From positions 23,907 through 87,906 of the forward strand of contig JBMOEY010000001.1 of assembly GCA_049314515.1 (NCBI GenBank): a stretch of 64,000 bases of DNA, given 5' to 3'. This stretch comes from Microbacteriaceae bacterium (GTDB lineage Bacteria > Actinomycetota > Actinomycetes > Actinomycetales > Microbacteriaceae). Of this stretch, positions 11,042-23,782 are shown in pieces; position 1 is the first letter of the stretch; each line of letters starts with the position of its first letter. Position numbers and translations under genes: made by a program. The notes beneath the pieces are model-generated. The model was not told the origin of the DNA and made no database searches. It worked only from the letters and a program-made list of their open reading frames with translations.

Positions 11042-11932
11042 CTAGCGCTCCTTAGTAAGTCCCATCAAGTCTACGACTTGTTCAGCTGCCTTCCGGACGT
11101 CATCGTTAACCACGCGAACATCAAATTCATGGCGTGACGCGAGTTCTTCCCGTGCGGTCTCAAGTCGCCGGACTCGCTCTTGTGCAGATTCGGTGCCTCT
11201 CGATTCAAGACGACGGCACAGTTCATCCCATGACGGCGGCTCGAGAAAGACAGTCCGCGCTTCTGGCATATGAGCCTTGACTTGGCGCGCTCCTTGAATG
11301 TCAATTTCGAGCAGAACACTCACCCCATTACGCAGAGACTCTTGGACTGGACCTCGAGGAGTTCCATAACGCTGCGTGCCGTGCACTACTGCCCATTCGA
11401 GTAGCTCGTCCTCAGCGACTAGTCGGTCAAACTCTTGCGCAGAGACAAAGAAGTAGTTGACACCGTCAATTTCGCCGGGACGCGGAGGCCGGGTTGTCGC
11501 GCTCACGGACATGTGCACGTCAGGAAAGTCGGCCAGGATTCGCGAAACAATCGTTCCCTTTCCCACAGCGGTTGGGCCGGCGAGAACAACAACGCGTGGG
11601 GCCGCATGTTCAGACCTTTGCCGTGCCCGGGCTTCGAGAAATGATCGCAGGGCTTCCTTTTGTCGAGAACCAAGACGTCCTAAGCGCTTTCGTGGTGAAA
11701 TGCTCAATTCCGCCATGACGTCGCCGACCTTCTTCGTTCCCAGCGCAGGAATACTGAGCAAAAAATCTGTCACACGTAATGACGCCTCAGCGCTCTCGGC
11801 GTCTATGCTGGCGACAAGAAAGACATCGAGCGCGTTACGCGTGCCATTCGAAACATCAGCTTTTATTGACGCACGCCCTCGGCGGGCCGATACGGCTGCG
11901 CGAGACGCCGCTACTCGGTCGACCGCAGGCAT
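11042..11932 (-). CDS. gmk: in-frame fusion of an mIHF-like integration host factor domain and guanylate kinase
   Basis: The track ORF is 11042..11971, and ATG at 11932 lies just after the pyrF stop. Residues 1-100 align to mycobacterial mIHF ([17 protein letters not shown]...[48 protein letters not shown]). From about residue 113 onward it is guanylate kinase ([14 protein letters not shown]...[17 protein letters not shown]). No stop codon or in-frame start separates the two parts. Confidence 0.85.
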   Translation of the reverse strand: MPAVDRVAASRAAVSARRGRASIKADVSNGTRNALDVFLVASIDAESAEASLRVTDFLLSIPALGTKKVGDVMAELSISPRKRLGRLGSRQKEALRSFLEARARQRSEHAAPRVVVLAGPTAVGKGTIVSRILADFPDVHMSVSATTRPPRPGEIDGVNYFFVSAQEFDRLVAEDELLEWAVVHGTQRYGTPRGPVQESLRNGVSVLLEIDIQGARQVKAHMPEARTVFLEPPSWDELCRRLESRGTESAQERVRRLETAREELASRHEFDVRVVNDDVRKAAEQVVDLMGLTKER

Positions 11933-11948
11933 GTTCACGTGTGACACG

Positions 11949-12800
11949 TTACGCCAAGGCCTCCGCCACAATCGCAGCCCGCTGCGAGAGAGTTTCCCGG
12001 ATTTCCTCGGGTCCTGATTCCAAAATGCTACGCGTTTCGGTCACGATCAGCCGGTTCGTGAGTGCTCCAAACAAGCGTCGAGCGTCTCGCGGATCAGCGC
12101 CCTGAAATCCGAAGCCGGGTGCCAGAACTGGGAGGCCGGGAAATTCATCCGGTTCAATTCCAAAATCCCTGAGTGAAACGGTGGCGCCGATGACCACACC
12201 ACCGGAGACTTGCCGGGAGGCTTCGTTGGCCGCGTGGACACGCGAGACGATGGACTGTGCGAGCGGGAGTCCCGCATCCACACCGTTCGTCACCACGCTC
12301 GTTTGCGTACCAAGCGCTTCAGGATTCGACGTAGCTGCCAGAACAAATACACCTTTCGACTGCGAACGAGCTAAATCCATGGTCTCGTCCAGGGTTCCCA
12401 AACCCAGGTACGGCGACACGGTGAGCGCGTCCGATTCGAGGGGCGTACCCGGGCTCAACCACGATTGCGCGTAGGCCTGCATTGTCGACCCAATATCCCC
12501 ACGCTTGGCGTCGGCGATGACCAATATGTCAGCCTGACGAGCGCGACGAATAACTTCTTCGAGGGCGCGATATCCAGCAGCACCCCATCGTTCAAAAAAT
12601 GCAACCTGGGGTTTGATGATGCCCACACGATCGACACAGGCGTCAAGAACACGTTTGGAAAATTCGTCGAGCGACCGTGGAGTGTCATCGTAGCCCCATC
12701 GCGCAAAGAGATATGGGTGGGGATCGATTCCCACACACAGGTGGCCAAACTTTCCAAACGCAGCGTCTAGGCGCCATCCGAAATCTGCGTCCCCGGTCAC
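11949..12800 (-). CDS. pyrF: orotidine 5'-phosphate decarboxylase (type 2)
   Basis: 283-aa ORF containing [19 protein letters not shown] and [14 protein letters not shown]. Lies downstream of carB. Confidence 0.92.
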   Translation of the reverse strand: MTGDADFGWRLDAAFGKFGHLCVGIDPHPYLFARWGYDDTPRSLDEFSKRVLDACVDRVGIIKPQVAFFERWGAAGYRALEEVIRRARQADILVIADAKRGDIGSTMQAYAQSWLSPGTPLESDALTVSPYLGLGTLDETMDLARSQSKGVFVLAATSNPEALGTQTSVVTNGVDAGLPLAQSIVSRVHAANEASRQVSGGVVIGATVSLRDFGIEPDEFPGLPVLAPGFGFQGADPRDARRLFGALTNRLIVTETRSILESGPEEIRETLSQRAAIVAEALA

Positions 12801-15800
12801 GAGCTACCCGCCATCAACGCCCGATCTCGATCTTGCTGGTACTCCTGCAGACTACGAACTTCGAATCCATCACGTGTCACGTCGAGGGAGGCAACGGCCG
12901 CGCTCACTTGAGCCATCGACGTGAATAATGGCTTATCGCCAGCAACTGCGGCGGCTCGAATCTCATACCCATCCGCACGAGCCGTTCGTCCACTCGGAGT
13001 ATTGATGACAATGTCAACATCGTTTGTGCGAATGAGGTCGACAATAGTTTCACCCTGCTGGTCGCTGACCTTGTTTACGACACGTGCCTGAATACCATTG
13101 CGCGCAAGTACCTCCGCAGTACCCGCCGTGGCAACGAGGGTAAAACCGAGTTGCTGTAGGCGCATGGCCGGGAGGATGATTCCACGCTTATCCCCGTCGG
13201 CGACGGAAACGAACACACTGCCGGAAGACGGCAAACCGCCATACGCAGCCAGTTGACTCTTCGCGAATGCCCGGGGAAAGTCCCGATCGATGCCCATAAC
13301 CTCTCCGGTCGAACGCATCTCGGGACCGAGAATCGAATCGACAACTTTCCCTTCGACGGTTCGAAAACGCTTGAACGGAAGGACTGCCTCCTTCACCGAA
13401 ACGGGTGCCCCGGCAGGCACGATTGAACCATCTTGAACGGGTAACAAGCCCTCAGCGATGAGTTCCGCAATCGTCGAACCGACCATGACGCGGGAAGCAG
13501 CCTTTGCCAACGGGATGCCCAACGCCTTGCTCACGAATGGAACCGTGCGACTCGCTCGCGGGTTAGCTTCGAGAACGTAGAGAACTCCCGCGGCAATGGC
13601 GAACTGAACATTGAGCAAACCCCGAACGCCAATTCCTTCGGCAATCGCCAGCGTGGCTTCGACGACTCTGGCTATTTCATCCTTACCCAGCGTGACTGGC
13701 GGCAACGTACATGCCGAGTCTCCTGAATGGATTCCTGCCTCTTCAATGTGCTCCATCACTCCGCCGACATACAGACGAGAACCGTCAAAAAGCGCGTCGA
13801 CATCGATTTCTATCGCATCATCAAGGAACCGATCCACGAGCAACGGCGCTTCGGGACCAACGATGGCTTGCCCGCCGATTCGCACGAAATAGTCGCGCAG
13901 GCCAGGCGAATCGAAGACAATTTCCATGCCTCGGCCACCCAGCACGTAGCTAGGTCGAACTAAAACGGGATAACCGATGTCTTCGGCAATCACCACGGCG
14001 CCTTCGACGTCAATCGCCGTGCCATTTCTCGGTGCGAGTAAACCAGCCTCGGTCAGAATCTTCGAGAACGCTCCTCGTTCCTCGGCTAGGTCAATTGCCT
14101 CCGGTGTCGTGCCAAGAATGGGAATCCCTGATGCCTTCAGGCCCTTGGCCAGTCCGAGAGCCGTTTGACCCCCGAGTTGTACCACTACTCCAACGAGCTC
14201 ACCGCTCGCGGACTCAGCATGCACGACCTCCAAGACGTCTTCTAGAGTCAGCGGTTCGAAGTAGAGCCGGTCGCTCGTGTCATAATCCGTGGAGACGGTT
14301 TCAGGATTGCAGTTAATCATGATTGTTTCGAAGCCGGCCGCAGATAACTCGAACGCAGCATGGACACAGGAATAGTCAAACTCCACACCTTGTCCAATGC
14401 GATTGGGCCCCGAGCCGATGATGACCACTTTTCGGCGTTCGCTGGGGGCGACCTCCGTCTCGAGGTCGTAACTCGAGTAGTGATACGGAGTAAGCGCAGG
14501 AAATTCCCCGGCGCACGTGTCAACCGTCTTGAACACTGGTCGAATTCCGCGCGCGTAACGCAGCGACGAAATGTCAGATTCCGCTACTCCGCGCAGTTGC
14601 CCAATTTGTTCATCGGAAAAGCCGTAATCCTTCGCCGTGCGCAAGGTGTCATCATCGAGGTCCGCAGGTCCCGCAATACGTTGTGCAAGCTCGTTGATGA
14701 GAACGATTTGGTCAACGAACCACGGGTCTATGCCCGTCGCTTCATATACCTGTTCAACGGATGCCCCAGCTCGTAAGGCTTGCTGCACCGTAACAATTCG
14801 ACCATCTGTCGGTGTCTTCGCAACGTGCAGGAGTTCCTCAACGCTGCGACTTTCCTCTCGCCAGTGAAAAGAGCTGTGGCGCTTCTCGAGCGACCGAAGG
14901 GCCTTCTGCAACGCTTGTGCGTAGTTACGCCCAATCGCCATGGCCTCGCCAACCGATTTCATTGTTGTCGTGAGCGTCGCGTCCGCTGACGGAAACTTTT
15001 CGAACGCGAAACGAGGAACCTTGACGACGACGTAATCGAGCGTTGGCTCAAAACTCGCGGGCGTGACACGAGTGATGTCGTTGGGAATTTCATCGAGCCG
15101 ATAGCCGATTGCTAGCTTCGCCGCGATCTTGGCAATCGGAAAACCGGTCGCTTTCGACGCCAACGCCGACGACCGAGAAACACGTGGATTCATTTCGATG
15201 ACAATCACGCGACCATTGGCGGGGTCGACAGCAAACTGAATATTGCACCCACCCGTGTCGACCCCGACGAGCCGAATGATTTCGATTCCGATGTCACGCA
15301 AGTTTTGATACTCACGGTCGGTCAGGGTGAGAGCTGGGGCAACAGTGATGCTGTCTCCCGTGTGAACGCCGACCGGGTCCACATTTTCAATCGAACACAC
15401 GACCACGGTGTTGTCTGCGGTGTCACGCATCAGCTCAAGTTCGTATTCCTTCCACCCGAGAATACTTTCCTCCAACAAGACCTCACTTGTCGGGCTCGAC
15501 TGTAGACCATCGGCAACAATGCGGACGAGTTCCTCTCGGGAATAAGCAAATCCCGACCCCAACCCACCCATGGTGAACGAGGGGCGAACGACGAGTGGGT
15601 AGCCTAAGTCCTCGGCAAACGCAATCGCCTGTTCGACAGTGTGAGCAATGTGCGAGCGCGCGACATCAGCCCCTGCCTCAATGACGAGATTCTTGAAGAG
15701 TTGGCGATCTTCCCCTTTACGAATCGCATCAACCTTGGCCCCGATTAGTTCGACGTTGTACTTCTCGAGGATTCCCAATTCGTGGAGAGCGATGGCGGCA

Positions 15801-16090
15801 TTGAGGGCCGTCTGGCCTCCAAGGGTGGGAAGGATGGCATCCGGTCGCTCTTTGGCAATAATCGACTCGATAATTTCCGGCGTAATGGGTTCTATATATG
15901 TTGCGTCAGCGAAATCGGGGTCAGTCATAATTGTCGCGGGATTCGAATTCACGAGAATCACGCGAATACCCTCCTCGCGCAGTACGCGACACGCCTGAGT
16001 TCCGGAATAGTCAAACTCGCACGCTTGACCAATCACGATTGGTCCAGAACCGATAACGAGAACCGAATTAATATCTGTACGACGGGGCAT
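12797..16090 (-). CDS. carB: carbamoyl-phosphate synthase large subunit
   Basis: 1097-aa ORF with duplicated ATP-grasp halves ([24 protein letters not shown] and [19 protein letters not shown]) and a C-terminal MGS-like domain. Confidence 0.98.
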   Translation of the reverse strand: MPRRTDINSVLVIGSGPIVIGQACEFDYSGTQACRVLREEGIRVILVNSNPATIMTDPDFADATYIEPITPEIIESIIAKERPDAILPTLGGQTALNAAIALHELGILEKYNVELIGAKVDAIRKGEDRQLFKNLVIEAGADVARSHIAHTVEQAIAFAEDLGYPLVVRPSFTMGGLGSGFAYSREELVRIVADGLQSSPTSEVLLEESILGWKEYELELMRDTADNTVVVCSIENVDPVGVHTGDSITVAPALTLTDREYQNLRDIGIEIIRLVGVDTGGCNIQFAVDPANGRVIVIEMNPRVSRSSALASKATGFPIAKIAAKLAIGYRLDEIPNDITRVTPASFEPTLDYVVVKVPRFAFEKFPSADATLTTTMKSVGEAMAIGRNYAQALQKALRSLEKRHSSFHWREESRSVEELLHVAKTPTDGRIVTVQQALRAGASVEQVYEATGIDPWFVDQIVLINELAQRIAGPADLDDDTLRTAKDYGFSDEQIGQLRGVAESDISSLRYARGIRPVFKTVDTCAGEFPALTPYHYSSYDLETEVAPSERRKVVIIGSGPNRIGQGVEFDYSCVHAAFELSAAGFETIMINCNPETVSTDYDTSDRLYFEPLTLEDVLEVVHAESASGELVGVVVQLGGQTALGLAKGLKASGIPILGTTPEAIDLAEERGAFSKILTEAGLLAPRNGTAIDVEGAVVIAEDIGYPVLVRPSYVLGGRGMEIVFDSPGLRDYFVRIGGQAIVGPEAPLLVDRFLDDAIEIDVDALFDGSRLYVGGVMEHIEEAGIHSGDSACTLPPVTLGKDEIARVVEATLAIAEGIGVRGLLNVQFAIAAGVLYVLEANPRASRTVPFVSKALGIPLAKAASRVMVGSTIAELIAEGLLPVQDGSIVPAGAPVSVKEAVLPFKRFRTVEGKVVDSILGPEMRSTGEVMGIDRDFPRAFAKSQLAAYGGLPSSGSVFVSVADGDKRGIILPAMRLQQLGFTLVATAGTAEVLARNGIQARVVNKVSDQQGETIVDLIRTNDVDIVINTPSGRTARADGYEIRAAAVAGDKPLFTSMAQVSAAVASLDVTRDGFEVRSLQEYQQDRDRALMAGSS

Positions 16091-17241
16091 CAGTTTCGAC
16101 CTCCTGAAATGTCAGAACCGACAACCATGTCTCGGAATCGATCAAACAGGTAATTAGAATCGTGCGGACCTGCCGCTGCTTCAGGGTGATATTGGACTGA
16201 GAACGCGTTGATATCGAGGCATACAAGCCCTTCGACAACGTTGTCGTTCAGACTGAAGTGACTGACCTCCACCCGACCAAATCCCTGAGGGGATTCAATG
16301 ATTCCGTCGAGAGGTGCATCAACAGCGAAACCATGGTTCTGGCTGGTGATTTCGACGCGACCAGTCGCCTTGTCGAGCACCGGTTGATTGATTCCGCGGT
16401 GGCCGAAGGGAAGCTTATATGTCGAAAAGCCCAGAGCACGCCCGAGAAGTTGATTGCCAAAGCAAATGCCAAAAAATGGGATGCCCGCGCGCAACGCATC
16501 GCGCAGTAGGTCCACATGCCGATCCGAGGCGCTGGGGTCGCCCGGGCCATTGGAGTAGAAAAGGGCGACCGGGGACAACGAACGAATTTCATCAATCGAG
16601 ACGTCCTGGGGCAACACGTGAGCGTCGAATCCGCGTTCAGAAATATAGTTGACAGTCGAGCTCTTGACCCCCAGGTCAACGATGGCGACCGTACCGAGGG
16701 ACACCCCGACAGCCGGCACAACGTAGGACGTCGCCGTTGACACGAGATCGGAAAGATTGCGACCGGACATGCTCGGGGCGGCAAGCACGGCATCGAGTTG
16801 CTCACGCTCCGGTGCACGTGAATCGGCTCCCGAGAAGATTCCAGCTCGCATGGCCCCGTGACTACGGATATGTCTCGTGATGGCGCGTGTATCGACGCCT
16901 GCCAGACCAACCACTCCCTGCAACGTCAAATCATCATCAAGTGACCGTTGCGACCTGAAATTTGAGACTACTCGCGACGGCTCGCGAACGATGAAACCAC
17001 TCACCCATATCCGCTTCGACTCCATGTCTTCATCATTCATTCCGGTATTTCCGATGTGGGGAGCCGTCATCAATACGATCTGTCCGGCGTAGGACGGATC
17101 GGTGAGCGTCTCCTGATACCCACTCATTCCGGTCGCAAAGACAATCTCGCCAAACGTAGTGCCGGATGCACCGAATGACCGTCCTTCGTAGCGCGTTCCA
17201 TCTTCGAGAACAAGAACAGCGGAGTGTGTCGCTGTGGTCAC
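16090..17241 (-). CDS. carA: carbamoyl-phosphate synthase small (glutaminase) subunit
   Basis: 383-aa ORF containing [27 protein letters not shown] and VQYHPEA. Confidence 0.96.
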   Translation of the reverse strand: MTTATHSAVLVLEDGTRYEGRSFGASGTTFGEIVFATGMSGYQETLTDPSYAGQIVLMTAPHIGNTGMNDEDMESKRIWVSGFIVREPSRVVSNFRSQRSLDDDLTLQGVVGLAGVDTRAITRHIRSHGAMRAGIFSGADSRAPEREQLDAVLAAPSMSGRNLSDLVSTATSYVVPAVGVSLGTVAIVDLGVKSSTVNYISERGFDAHVLPQDVSIDEIRSLSPVALFYSNGPGDPSASDRHVDLLRDALRAGIPFFGICFGNQLLGRALGFSTYKLPFGHRGINQPVLDKATGRVEITSQNHGFAVDAPLDGIIESPQGFGRVEVSHFSLNDNVVEGLVCLDINAFSVQYHPEAAAGPHDSNYLFDRFRDMVVGSDISGGRN

Positions 17242-17762
17242 GATGCGTTCTCGTTCTTTTGTGATTCCGGGCTTTTCACCGCTGAGTTAACAAGATCAGA
17301 AAATAGTGTGCGATCGAGACGGCTGGGAATGCGCAGAAATGACGTGAGCTCCATTCCATTTGCTGCCTTCCAGTCGACTGCAGTCAACGATGAGCGACCG
17401 GCTGAGCGGTCAATCGTCGCATCAGCCGCACGAACACCACGAACGTGCTCGATTGCAATGAATGTCGGGGTTTCGCCCTGGGGTTCGATGCCGATTCCCG
17501 CAACCGTAAGTGAGACGAATGCTTTAGCACGAAAACGCAGACCCGGGATGGCCAGCCGTTCGAGAGGCTCTTCCCGTGGTGTCGTGGCGACATAGAGACA
17601 CGCAATTTCAATAAGGCGCGCTCCGAGGGTGCCGTCCCTCCTCGAGGCGACTATCGAGATGTCACGACGTTTCCGGCGTTGCCACGAGGCAAACATGAGT
17701 GCAAGTGCCAGCGCGATGAGGGCGAGCACGATGAGCGTTCCGATAACTTTATCCACGCTCAT
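17238..17762 (-). CDS. conserved single-pass membrane protein embedded in the pyr operon
   Basis: The track ORF 17238..18017 runs 269 bp into pyrC. ATG at 17762 gives 174 aa starting [33 protein letters not shown], a TM helix followed by a basic stretch. It occupies the same pyrC-carA position as Rv1382 of M. tuberculosis. Confidence 0.7.
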   Translation of the reverse strand: MSVDKVIGTLIVLALIALALALMFASWQRRKRRDISIVASRRDGTLGARLIEIACLYVATTPREEPLERLAIPGLRFRAKAFVSLTVAGIGIEPQGETPTFIAIEHVRGVRAADATIDRSAGRSSLTAVDWKAANGMELTSFLRIPSRLDRTLFSDLVNSAVKSPESQKNENAS

Positions 17763-19098
17763 CGAATCCAATCGTGTCCTCACGGGCGAACGTGGCGATG
17801 ACCCTCTGATCGACAAGCGATCCGTCTCGAACCGTAAAGTAGCCATGGCGCATCGTGTGCACAACCTTGCCCGGAAGCTCGAGCCCCAGAAAAGGGGAAT
17901 TTTTGGACAATCCAGCAAGGTCTTCGACACCGAATGAGCGAAGAACTCGCTCGTCAACGAAGACCAGATCGGCTGGGCGTCCCACCTCGAGAGTTCCAGC
18001 GGTGTTCGCCACGCCACCGATGTGAGCGGGAGCAGTGCTCATGACTCGTGCCACGTCGTTCCAGCTCATTAGTCCTGATTGCACCATCGTCATGTTCACA
18101 ATCGAGAGTGCAGATTCCAGGCCGACCATGCCAAATGCGGCATCACTCCACTCGCAATCTTTGTTCTCGATCGGATGCGGAGCGTGATCGGTAGCAACGA
18201 TGTCAACGGTGCCGTCTGCCAAGCCGGCTCGTACGGCGTGAACGTCTTCGTCGGTCCGCAACGGCGGGTTGACCTTGAACCGAGCGTCGTAGTCGAGGGC
18301 GCTCTCCTCAGTAAGGAGCAAATGATGTGGAGTCACCTCTGCCGTGACTCGAACGCCACGGGCCTTGGCGGACCGAACGATTTCCACCGAACCCGCTGTC
18401 GACAAGTGGCAGACGTGAAGTCTGGAACCTGTCTCTTCAGCGAGGAGTATGTCACGGGCAATGATGATTTCCTCCGCGACTCGGGGCCATCCCGCGAGGC
18501 CGAGCCGCGCAGACACTAGCCCCTCATTCATTTGTGAGCCCAGGGTGAGTCGAGGTTCCTGAGCATGTTGAGCGATGACTCCGTCAAAAGCCTTCACATA
18601 CTCCAATGCCCGCCTCATGAGCAACGGGTCGAATACACATTTCCCGTCATCGCTGAACACTCGAACGTTTGCGCGAGAAGACGCCATGCTGGCTAGATCA
18701 GCCAGGGCTTGGCCCTCGAGACCAACCGTGACGGCGCCCACCGGTCGGACAGTTGCGTAGCCTGCTTCGATTCCTCTGCGCCAGACCAACTCCACGACAC
18801 TCGTCGTGTCTGCGACGGGAAGCGTATTCGCCATAGCAAATACGGTCGTGAACCCTCCAACGGCGGCGGCTTGAGTTCCCGTAAGTACGGTTTCACTCGA
18901 CTCAAACCCAGGCTCCCGAAGGTGTGTGTGCAAATCAACCAGGCCAGGGAGGAGACGTAAACCCGTGACGTCGACCACTTCGCCTTCGATGTGGCTGAGT
19001 CCGGGACCCATAGCGCTGATCCGACCGCCTGTTACGACGACGTCCGTCACCTCGTCATTCGGCAAAACCGCCCCGATAAACTTCACTGAAGTGGTCAT
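17749..19098 (-). CDS. pyrC: dihydroorotase
   Basis: 449-aa ORF containing [15 protein letters not shown] and ATDHAPH. Lies between pyrB and carA. Confidence 0.95.
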   Translation of the reverse strand: MTTSVKFIGAVLPNDEVTDVVVTGGRISAMGPGLSHIEGEVVDVTGLRLLPGLVDLHTHLREPGFESSETVLTGTQAAAVGGFTTVFAMANTLPVADTTSVVELVWRRGIEAGYATVRPVGAVTVGLEGQALADLASMASSRANVRVFSDDGKCVFDPLLMRRALEYVKAFDGVIAQHAQEPRLTLGSQMNEGLVSARLGLAGWPRVAEEIIIARDILLAEETGSRLHVCHLSTAGSVEIVRSAKARGVRVTAEVTPHHLLLTEESALDYDARFKVNPPLRTDEDVHAVRAGLADGTVDIVATDHAPHPIENKDCEWSDAAFGMVGLESALSIVNMTMVQSGLMSWNDVARVMSTAPAHIGGVANTAGTLEVGRPADLVFVDERVLRSFGVEDLAGLSKNSPFLGLELPGKVVHTMRHGYFTVRDGSLVDQRVIATFAREDTIGFDERG

Positions 19099-20042
19099 AG
19101 GTCCTCTTTTCCGGTGAGCACGGCAAAGAGCACTGCCATGCGCACGAATACACCGTTGGCTACCTGTTCAAGCACTGTCGATGCCGCGGAATCCGCAGCC
19201 TCGCTGCAGATCTCAAGCCCGCGATTCATCGGACCGGGGTGCATGACAAGAGTTTTCTGTGGCAAGGCTTGGAATCGTTGCGCGGTGAGACCCCAGATGC
19301 GCGCGTACTCGCGCTCATGGGGAAAGAATGCGCCTTGAATCCGCTCCTTTTGGATGCGGAGCATCATGACCGCATCGGGAGAGCTGCGCAAGACTTCATC
19401 AAGATTGGTTTCCATGGACACAGGGAACGCGTCTCGTTGTGCAGGCAAAAGCGTCGGTGGCGCGACAAACGTCACGTCGGCACCCAGTGTGGTGAGTAGC
19501 CACGCGTTTGAACGGGCGACACGGCTGTGCAAAACATCGCCCACGATGGCAACACGGACTCCAGCCAAGTCGCGACCTCGAGATGCCGTCTGGTGGATGC
19601 GACGCCGCAGTGTGAACGCGTCGAGAAGCGCTTGCGTAGGGTGCTCGTGAGTGCCATCCCCCGCATTGACCACCGGTACGTCAATCCAGCCCCTGTGTGC
19701 CAGCAGATACGGGGCGCCGGACGAACCATGACGAATAACAACGGCATCCACACCCATGGCAGCTAAGGTTTGGGCTGAGTCTTTGAGACTCTCGCCTTTC
19801 GACACGCTTGAACCTTTTGCCGAAAAATTAATGACATCCGCGGAAAGCCTCTTTTCTGCGCTTTCGAAAGATATCCGGGTCCGCGTTGAGTCCTCGAAGA
19901 ATAGATTTACGATTGAACGTCCACGCAGGGTGGGAAGCTTTTTATGGGGTCGGTCGGCTGTTTCTGCCATGTCCTCGGCCAAATCAAGGAGAGCAATCGA
20001 CGTGTCTCGATCGAGGTCGGCCGCGGAGAGAAGGTGCTGCAT
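19095..20042 (-). CDS. pyrB: aspartate carbamoyltransferase catalytic subunit
   Basis: 315-aa ORF containing [22 protein letters not shown] and HPGPMNRG.E. Confidence 0.96.
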   Translation of the reverse strand: MQHLLSAADLDRDTSIALLDLAEDMAETADRPHKKLPTLRGRSIVNLFFEDSTRTRISFESAEKRLSADVINFSAKGSSVSKGESLKDSAQTLAAMGVDAVVIRHGSSGAPYLLAHRGWIDVPVVNAGDGTHEHPTQALLDAFTLRRRIHQTASRGRDLAGVRVAIVGDVLHSRVARSNAWLLTTLGADVTFVAPPTLLPAQRDAFPVSMETNLDEVLRSSPDAVMMLRIQKERIQGAFFPHEREYARIWGLTAQRFQALPQKTLVMHPGPMNRGLEICSEAADSAASTVLEQVANGVFVRMAVLFAVLTGKEDL

Positions 20043-20044
20043 CT

Positions 20045-20620
<576 letters not shown>

Positions 20621-20652
20621 CGTTTTTCTTAGGCTAGCAGACCTGGCGCCAG

Positions 20653-21066
20653 TTAGCGCGGTAGCGCGGCAATTGCGCCGAGAACGCCGTTGATGAAGCT
20701 CGGCGAGTCATCTGTACTCAAAAGAGTGGCAAGTTCAACGGACTCGCTCACCACAACGGCGGAGGGAACTGCTGGGTTGAAACAAAGTTCCCACGTCCCC
20801 ATTCGCAGAATTGCCCGGTCAACAGCAGGCATTCGAGCTATGGCCCAACCCCGGGCGTGCGTCTCGATGGTTTCGTCAATGATGACGCCGTTATCAATTA
20901 CCCCATCAACAATTTCGCGCGCGTATAGCCAGGAAGACTCTCTGTCCGGTTCATTAACGGCGCGAGACGCCTCCGACTCCAGGGCGTCGGCAAGCGAGAT
21001 GTTTCGCACGTCAGCGGCAAAGAGGATATCCAGTGCGCGCTTTCGCGCCTTGCGACGGCCGCTCAC
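20653..21066 (-). CDS. nusB: transcription antitermination factor NusB
   Basis: 137-aa ORF containing RRKARKRALDILFAADV and ILR.G.WEL. Lies downstream of efp. Confidence 0.92.
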   Translation of the reverse strand: MSGRRKARKRALDILFAADVRNISLADALESEASRAVNEPDRESSWLYAREIVDGVIDNGVIIDETIETHARGWAIARMPAVDRAILRMGTWELCFNPAVPSAVVVSESVELATLLSTDDSPSFINGVLGAIAALPR

Positions 21067-21069
21067 GCG

Positions 21070-21633
21070 CTAGTCGTTGACGCGGCCGAGATAATCGCCG
21101 GTTCGCGTGTCAACCTTCACCTTCGTTCCCGACTCCAGAAAGAGCGGAACTTGAATTTCAAACCCGGTCTCCAGCGTGCCAGGCTTAGTGCCCGCCGAGG
21201 ACCGATCACCTTGCAATCCAGGTTCCGTATAGGTCAGCTCAAGCACAACACTCGCAGGGAGCTCGACATAGAGTGCCTCACCCTCGTGCAACGCAATCTG
21301 AACGTCTTGATTTTCCAACATGAAATTCTGTGCGTCCCCAACGGTCCCAGCGTTCACCGAGAGTTGTTCGTAGGTGTCTTTGTCCATGAACACGAACTCA
21401 TTGCCGTCGTTGTAGAGATATTGAAAATCCCGTCGGTCCACCGTAGCGGTTTCAATCTTGGTCCCCGCGTTGTACGTCTTGTCGACAACCTTTCCCGAGA
21501 GCACGTTCTTCATTTTCGTGCGCACAAATGCTCCACCCTTACCGGGCTTCACGTGCTGAAACTCGATGACGTTCCAGAGCTGTCCATCAATTTTGATGAC
21601 GACGCCGTTCTTAATGTCCGCGGTGGTTGCCAT
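21070..21633 (-). CDS. efp: elongation factor P
   Basis: The track ORF ends at 21651. ATG at 21633 is preceded by AAGGAA and gives [43 protein letters not shown]. Confidence 0.95.
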   Translation of the reverse strand: MATTADIKNGVVIKIDGQLWNVIEFQHVKPGKGGAFVRTKMKNVLSGKVVDKTYNAGTKIETATVDRRDFQYLYNDGNEFVFMDKDTYEQLSVNAGTVGDAQNFMLENQDVQIALHEGEALYVELPASVVLELTYTEPGLQGDRSSAGTKPGTLETGFEIQVPLFLESGTKVKVDTRTGDYLGRVND

Positions 21634-21715
21634 GAGAATTCCTTGATCCAAAGATTTGAGTAATGCGGGCGATGCTGCTCAGCCCAATATACCGGCGCCC
21701 ACACGCGCCTCACCT

Positions 21716-22141
21716 CTAACGGATGAGTTGGGCGAGTGCGAGACGGTAAGAGTCGAACCCGAAGCCGGCGATGACACCGGTCGCCACACCAGAGATCACG
21801 CTATTGTGCCGGAACTCTTCTCTCGAGTGAGGATTTGAAATATGGACTTCGATGAGAGGAACACCGGATTTCGTTAGCAGTCCGACCGCATCGCGCAAAG
21901 CGTAAGAGTAGTGAGTGAATGCTGCAGGATTGAGAATCACAGGCGTCTTGTCGTCGGCTGCTTGATGCAGCCACTCGATGAGTTCTGGCTCGCTATTTGT
22001 TTGGCGGACGTCGACGTCATGATTTCCCGCCTCAGAGGAGAGAATGAGACGCAAATCTTCTAGCGTCGCCGTGCCATACACTTCCGGTTCGCGCGTGCCG
22101 AGCCGATTCAAGTTTGGTCCGTTGAGAACGAGGATGCGCAC
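21716..22141 (-). CDS. aroQ: type II 3-dehydroquinate dehydratase
   Basis: 141-aa ORF containing ILVLNGPNLNRLGTREPEVYG, NPAAFTHYS and EVHISN. Confidence 0.95.
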   Translation of the reverse strand: MRILVLNGPNLNRLGTREPEVYGTATLEDLRLILSSEAGNHDVDVRQTNSEPELIEWLHQAADDKTPVILNPAAFTHYSYALRDAVGLLTKSGVPLIEVHISNPHSREEFRHNSVISGVATGVIAGFGFDSYRLALAQLIR

Positions 22142-22146
22142 GAGCG

Positions 22147-23247
22147 TTATTCTATTGACTCGGGGGACGCAGTCTCCTGATATGCAGCGAACAACACGGA
22201 AGTATCGGGCACGTTAACCGTGACTGGCTTGCCAATGGCGCTGAGCGTGATGAACCGCAACATGCTCCCTCGCGATTTCTTGTCTCGGCGCATTGTTGCA
22301 AGCAAAGTGTCCCAGCGACCGGCGCTGTACGTCGTCGGCAAGCCGAGTAGCGACAGCACTCGACGGTGACGATCAACGTCGTCCGCTGGCAGAGACGACG
22401 TGAGCGCCGAAAGCTCGGCGGCAAAAACCATTCCGACAGAAATTGCTGCACCATGTCGCCATTGGTAGCGCTCCGCGTGTTCAATTGCGTGACCAAGGGT
22501 GTGCCCGTAATTGAGAATTTCGCGATTACCCTGTTCCGTGAAGTCCTCAGAAACCACGCGCGCCTTAATGCCAATGGCCTTTTCGATGAGTTTTCGAAAT
22601 TCAGGAGATTGCGTATCCGTTGCCGTCTCCACATCACGTTCGATAATGTCGAGGATTTCAGGATCGGCAATGAATCCACATTTGGCTATTTCGGCGAACC
22701 CAGCCAACTTCTCATTCACAGGAAGAGTGTCCAAGGTCGACAGGTCGGCGATGACGGCCGAGGGCGCGAAAAACGATCCGACCAGATTCTTTCCTTCGTT
22801 TGTGTTAATTCCAGTTTTGCCGCCGAGCGCCGCATCGACCATGCCCAGAACAGTTGTGGGAACGTTTACGAGCCGCACGCCACGCAACCAGGTGGCCGCA
22901 ACAAAACCGGCAAGGTCAGTGACGGCGCCTCCACCAAGTCCAATGATTGCGTCCGTGCGTGTGAAATCTGCCTGACCCAAAACCTGCCAGCAGAACGCGG
23001 CTACTTCAACTCGCTTGCCAGCTTCTGCGTCGGGCACCTCTGCCAGAATGACCTGAAAGATTTGGCCGAGCTCTTCTCGGAGAGCTTTTGCTTTGTCAAC
23101 CAGTGTGGGTGGATGAACAATCATGAGCTTGGTCGCGCCCACGAGGACCTTAGCTATTGTCGGAGCGCCGTCACGCAGCAGGTCCCGACCGATGAACACG
23201 GAGTACTCGCCGCCTCCAGTGACCTCAATCTCAGTCATGTCAGTCAT
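22147..23247 (-). CDS. aroB: 3-dehydroquinate synthase
   Basis: 366-aa ORF containing GLGGGAVTDLAGFVAATWLRGV..V.VPTT and LNYGHTLGHAIE. Confidence 0.95.
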   Translation of the reverse strand: MTDMTEIEVTGGGEYSVFIGRDLLRDGAPTIAKVLVGATKLMIVHPPTLVDKAKALREELGQIFQVILAEVPDAEAGKRVEVAAFCWQVLGQADFTRTDAIIGLGGGAVTDLAGFVAATWLRGVRLVNVPTTVLGMVDAALGGKTGINTNEGKNLVGSFFAPSAVIADLSTLDTLPVNEKLAGFAEIAKCGFIADPEILDIIERDVETATDTQSPEFRKLIEKAIGIKARVVSEDFTEQGNREILNYGHTLGHAIEHAERYQWRHGAAISVGMVFAAELSALTSSLPADDVDRHRRVLSLLGLPTTYSAGRWDTLLATMRRDKKSRGSMLRFITLSAIGKPVTVNVPDTSVLFAAYQETASPESIE

Positions 23248-23779
23248 GCGCGCCCGCCTCTCGAGAAATGATCCATTCCGTGACCGCGTTCGTCAGCTGT
23301 TCAGCGTTTGCGCTCGACGTGTCAAAGTCAATCGTCGCCAAGGATTCGTAGATGGGTCTGCGCTCGGCGAAGATTCGCTCCCATGCATCAATACCCTCGG
23401 CGAGCAGAGGCCGATTCTTTGTGGACAGATGCGAAGACACTGCCTCGCGGGTGATGTGTAGGTAAATGACGGGCAGCTTGGCGAGGTCTTCACATGTCGA
23501 CTGGTTCAAGATTGCGCCGCCCCCGAGGCTGACGACACCGCCCAGATGCAATGCGGACTCAACCGCTTCTCTTTCCCATTGACGAAACTGCTCCACACCG
23601 AATTGCTGAAAAATTGATGGGATGTCACCGTGCAACGCGGAAATCATTTTGTCCGTATCGTGAAAAGGAGACCGCAGGGCACGGGCGACGCGTTTTCCGA
23701 GCTTCGACTTCCCAGAAGACATGGGGCCGATAAAAACGGCCCGCACGGGCGCGCCAGTAGACGACGTCATTTCAAACAA
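23240..23779 (-). CDS. aroK: shikimate kinase
   Basis: 179-aa ORF with P-loop FIGPMSSGKSKLG, plus D.D and SLGGGA. Confidence 0.9.
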   Translation of the reverse strand: MFEMTSSTGAPVRAVFIGPMSSGKSKLGKRVARALRSPFHDTDKMISALHGDIPSIFQQFGVEQFRQWEREAVESALHLGGVVSLGGGAILNQSTCEDLAKLPVIYLHITREAVSSHLSTKNRPLLAEGIDAWERIFAERRPIYESLATIDFDTSSANAEQLTNAVTEWIISREAGAHD

Positions 23780-23782
23780 TCT

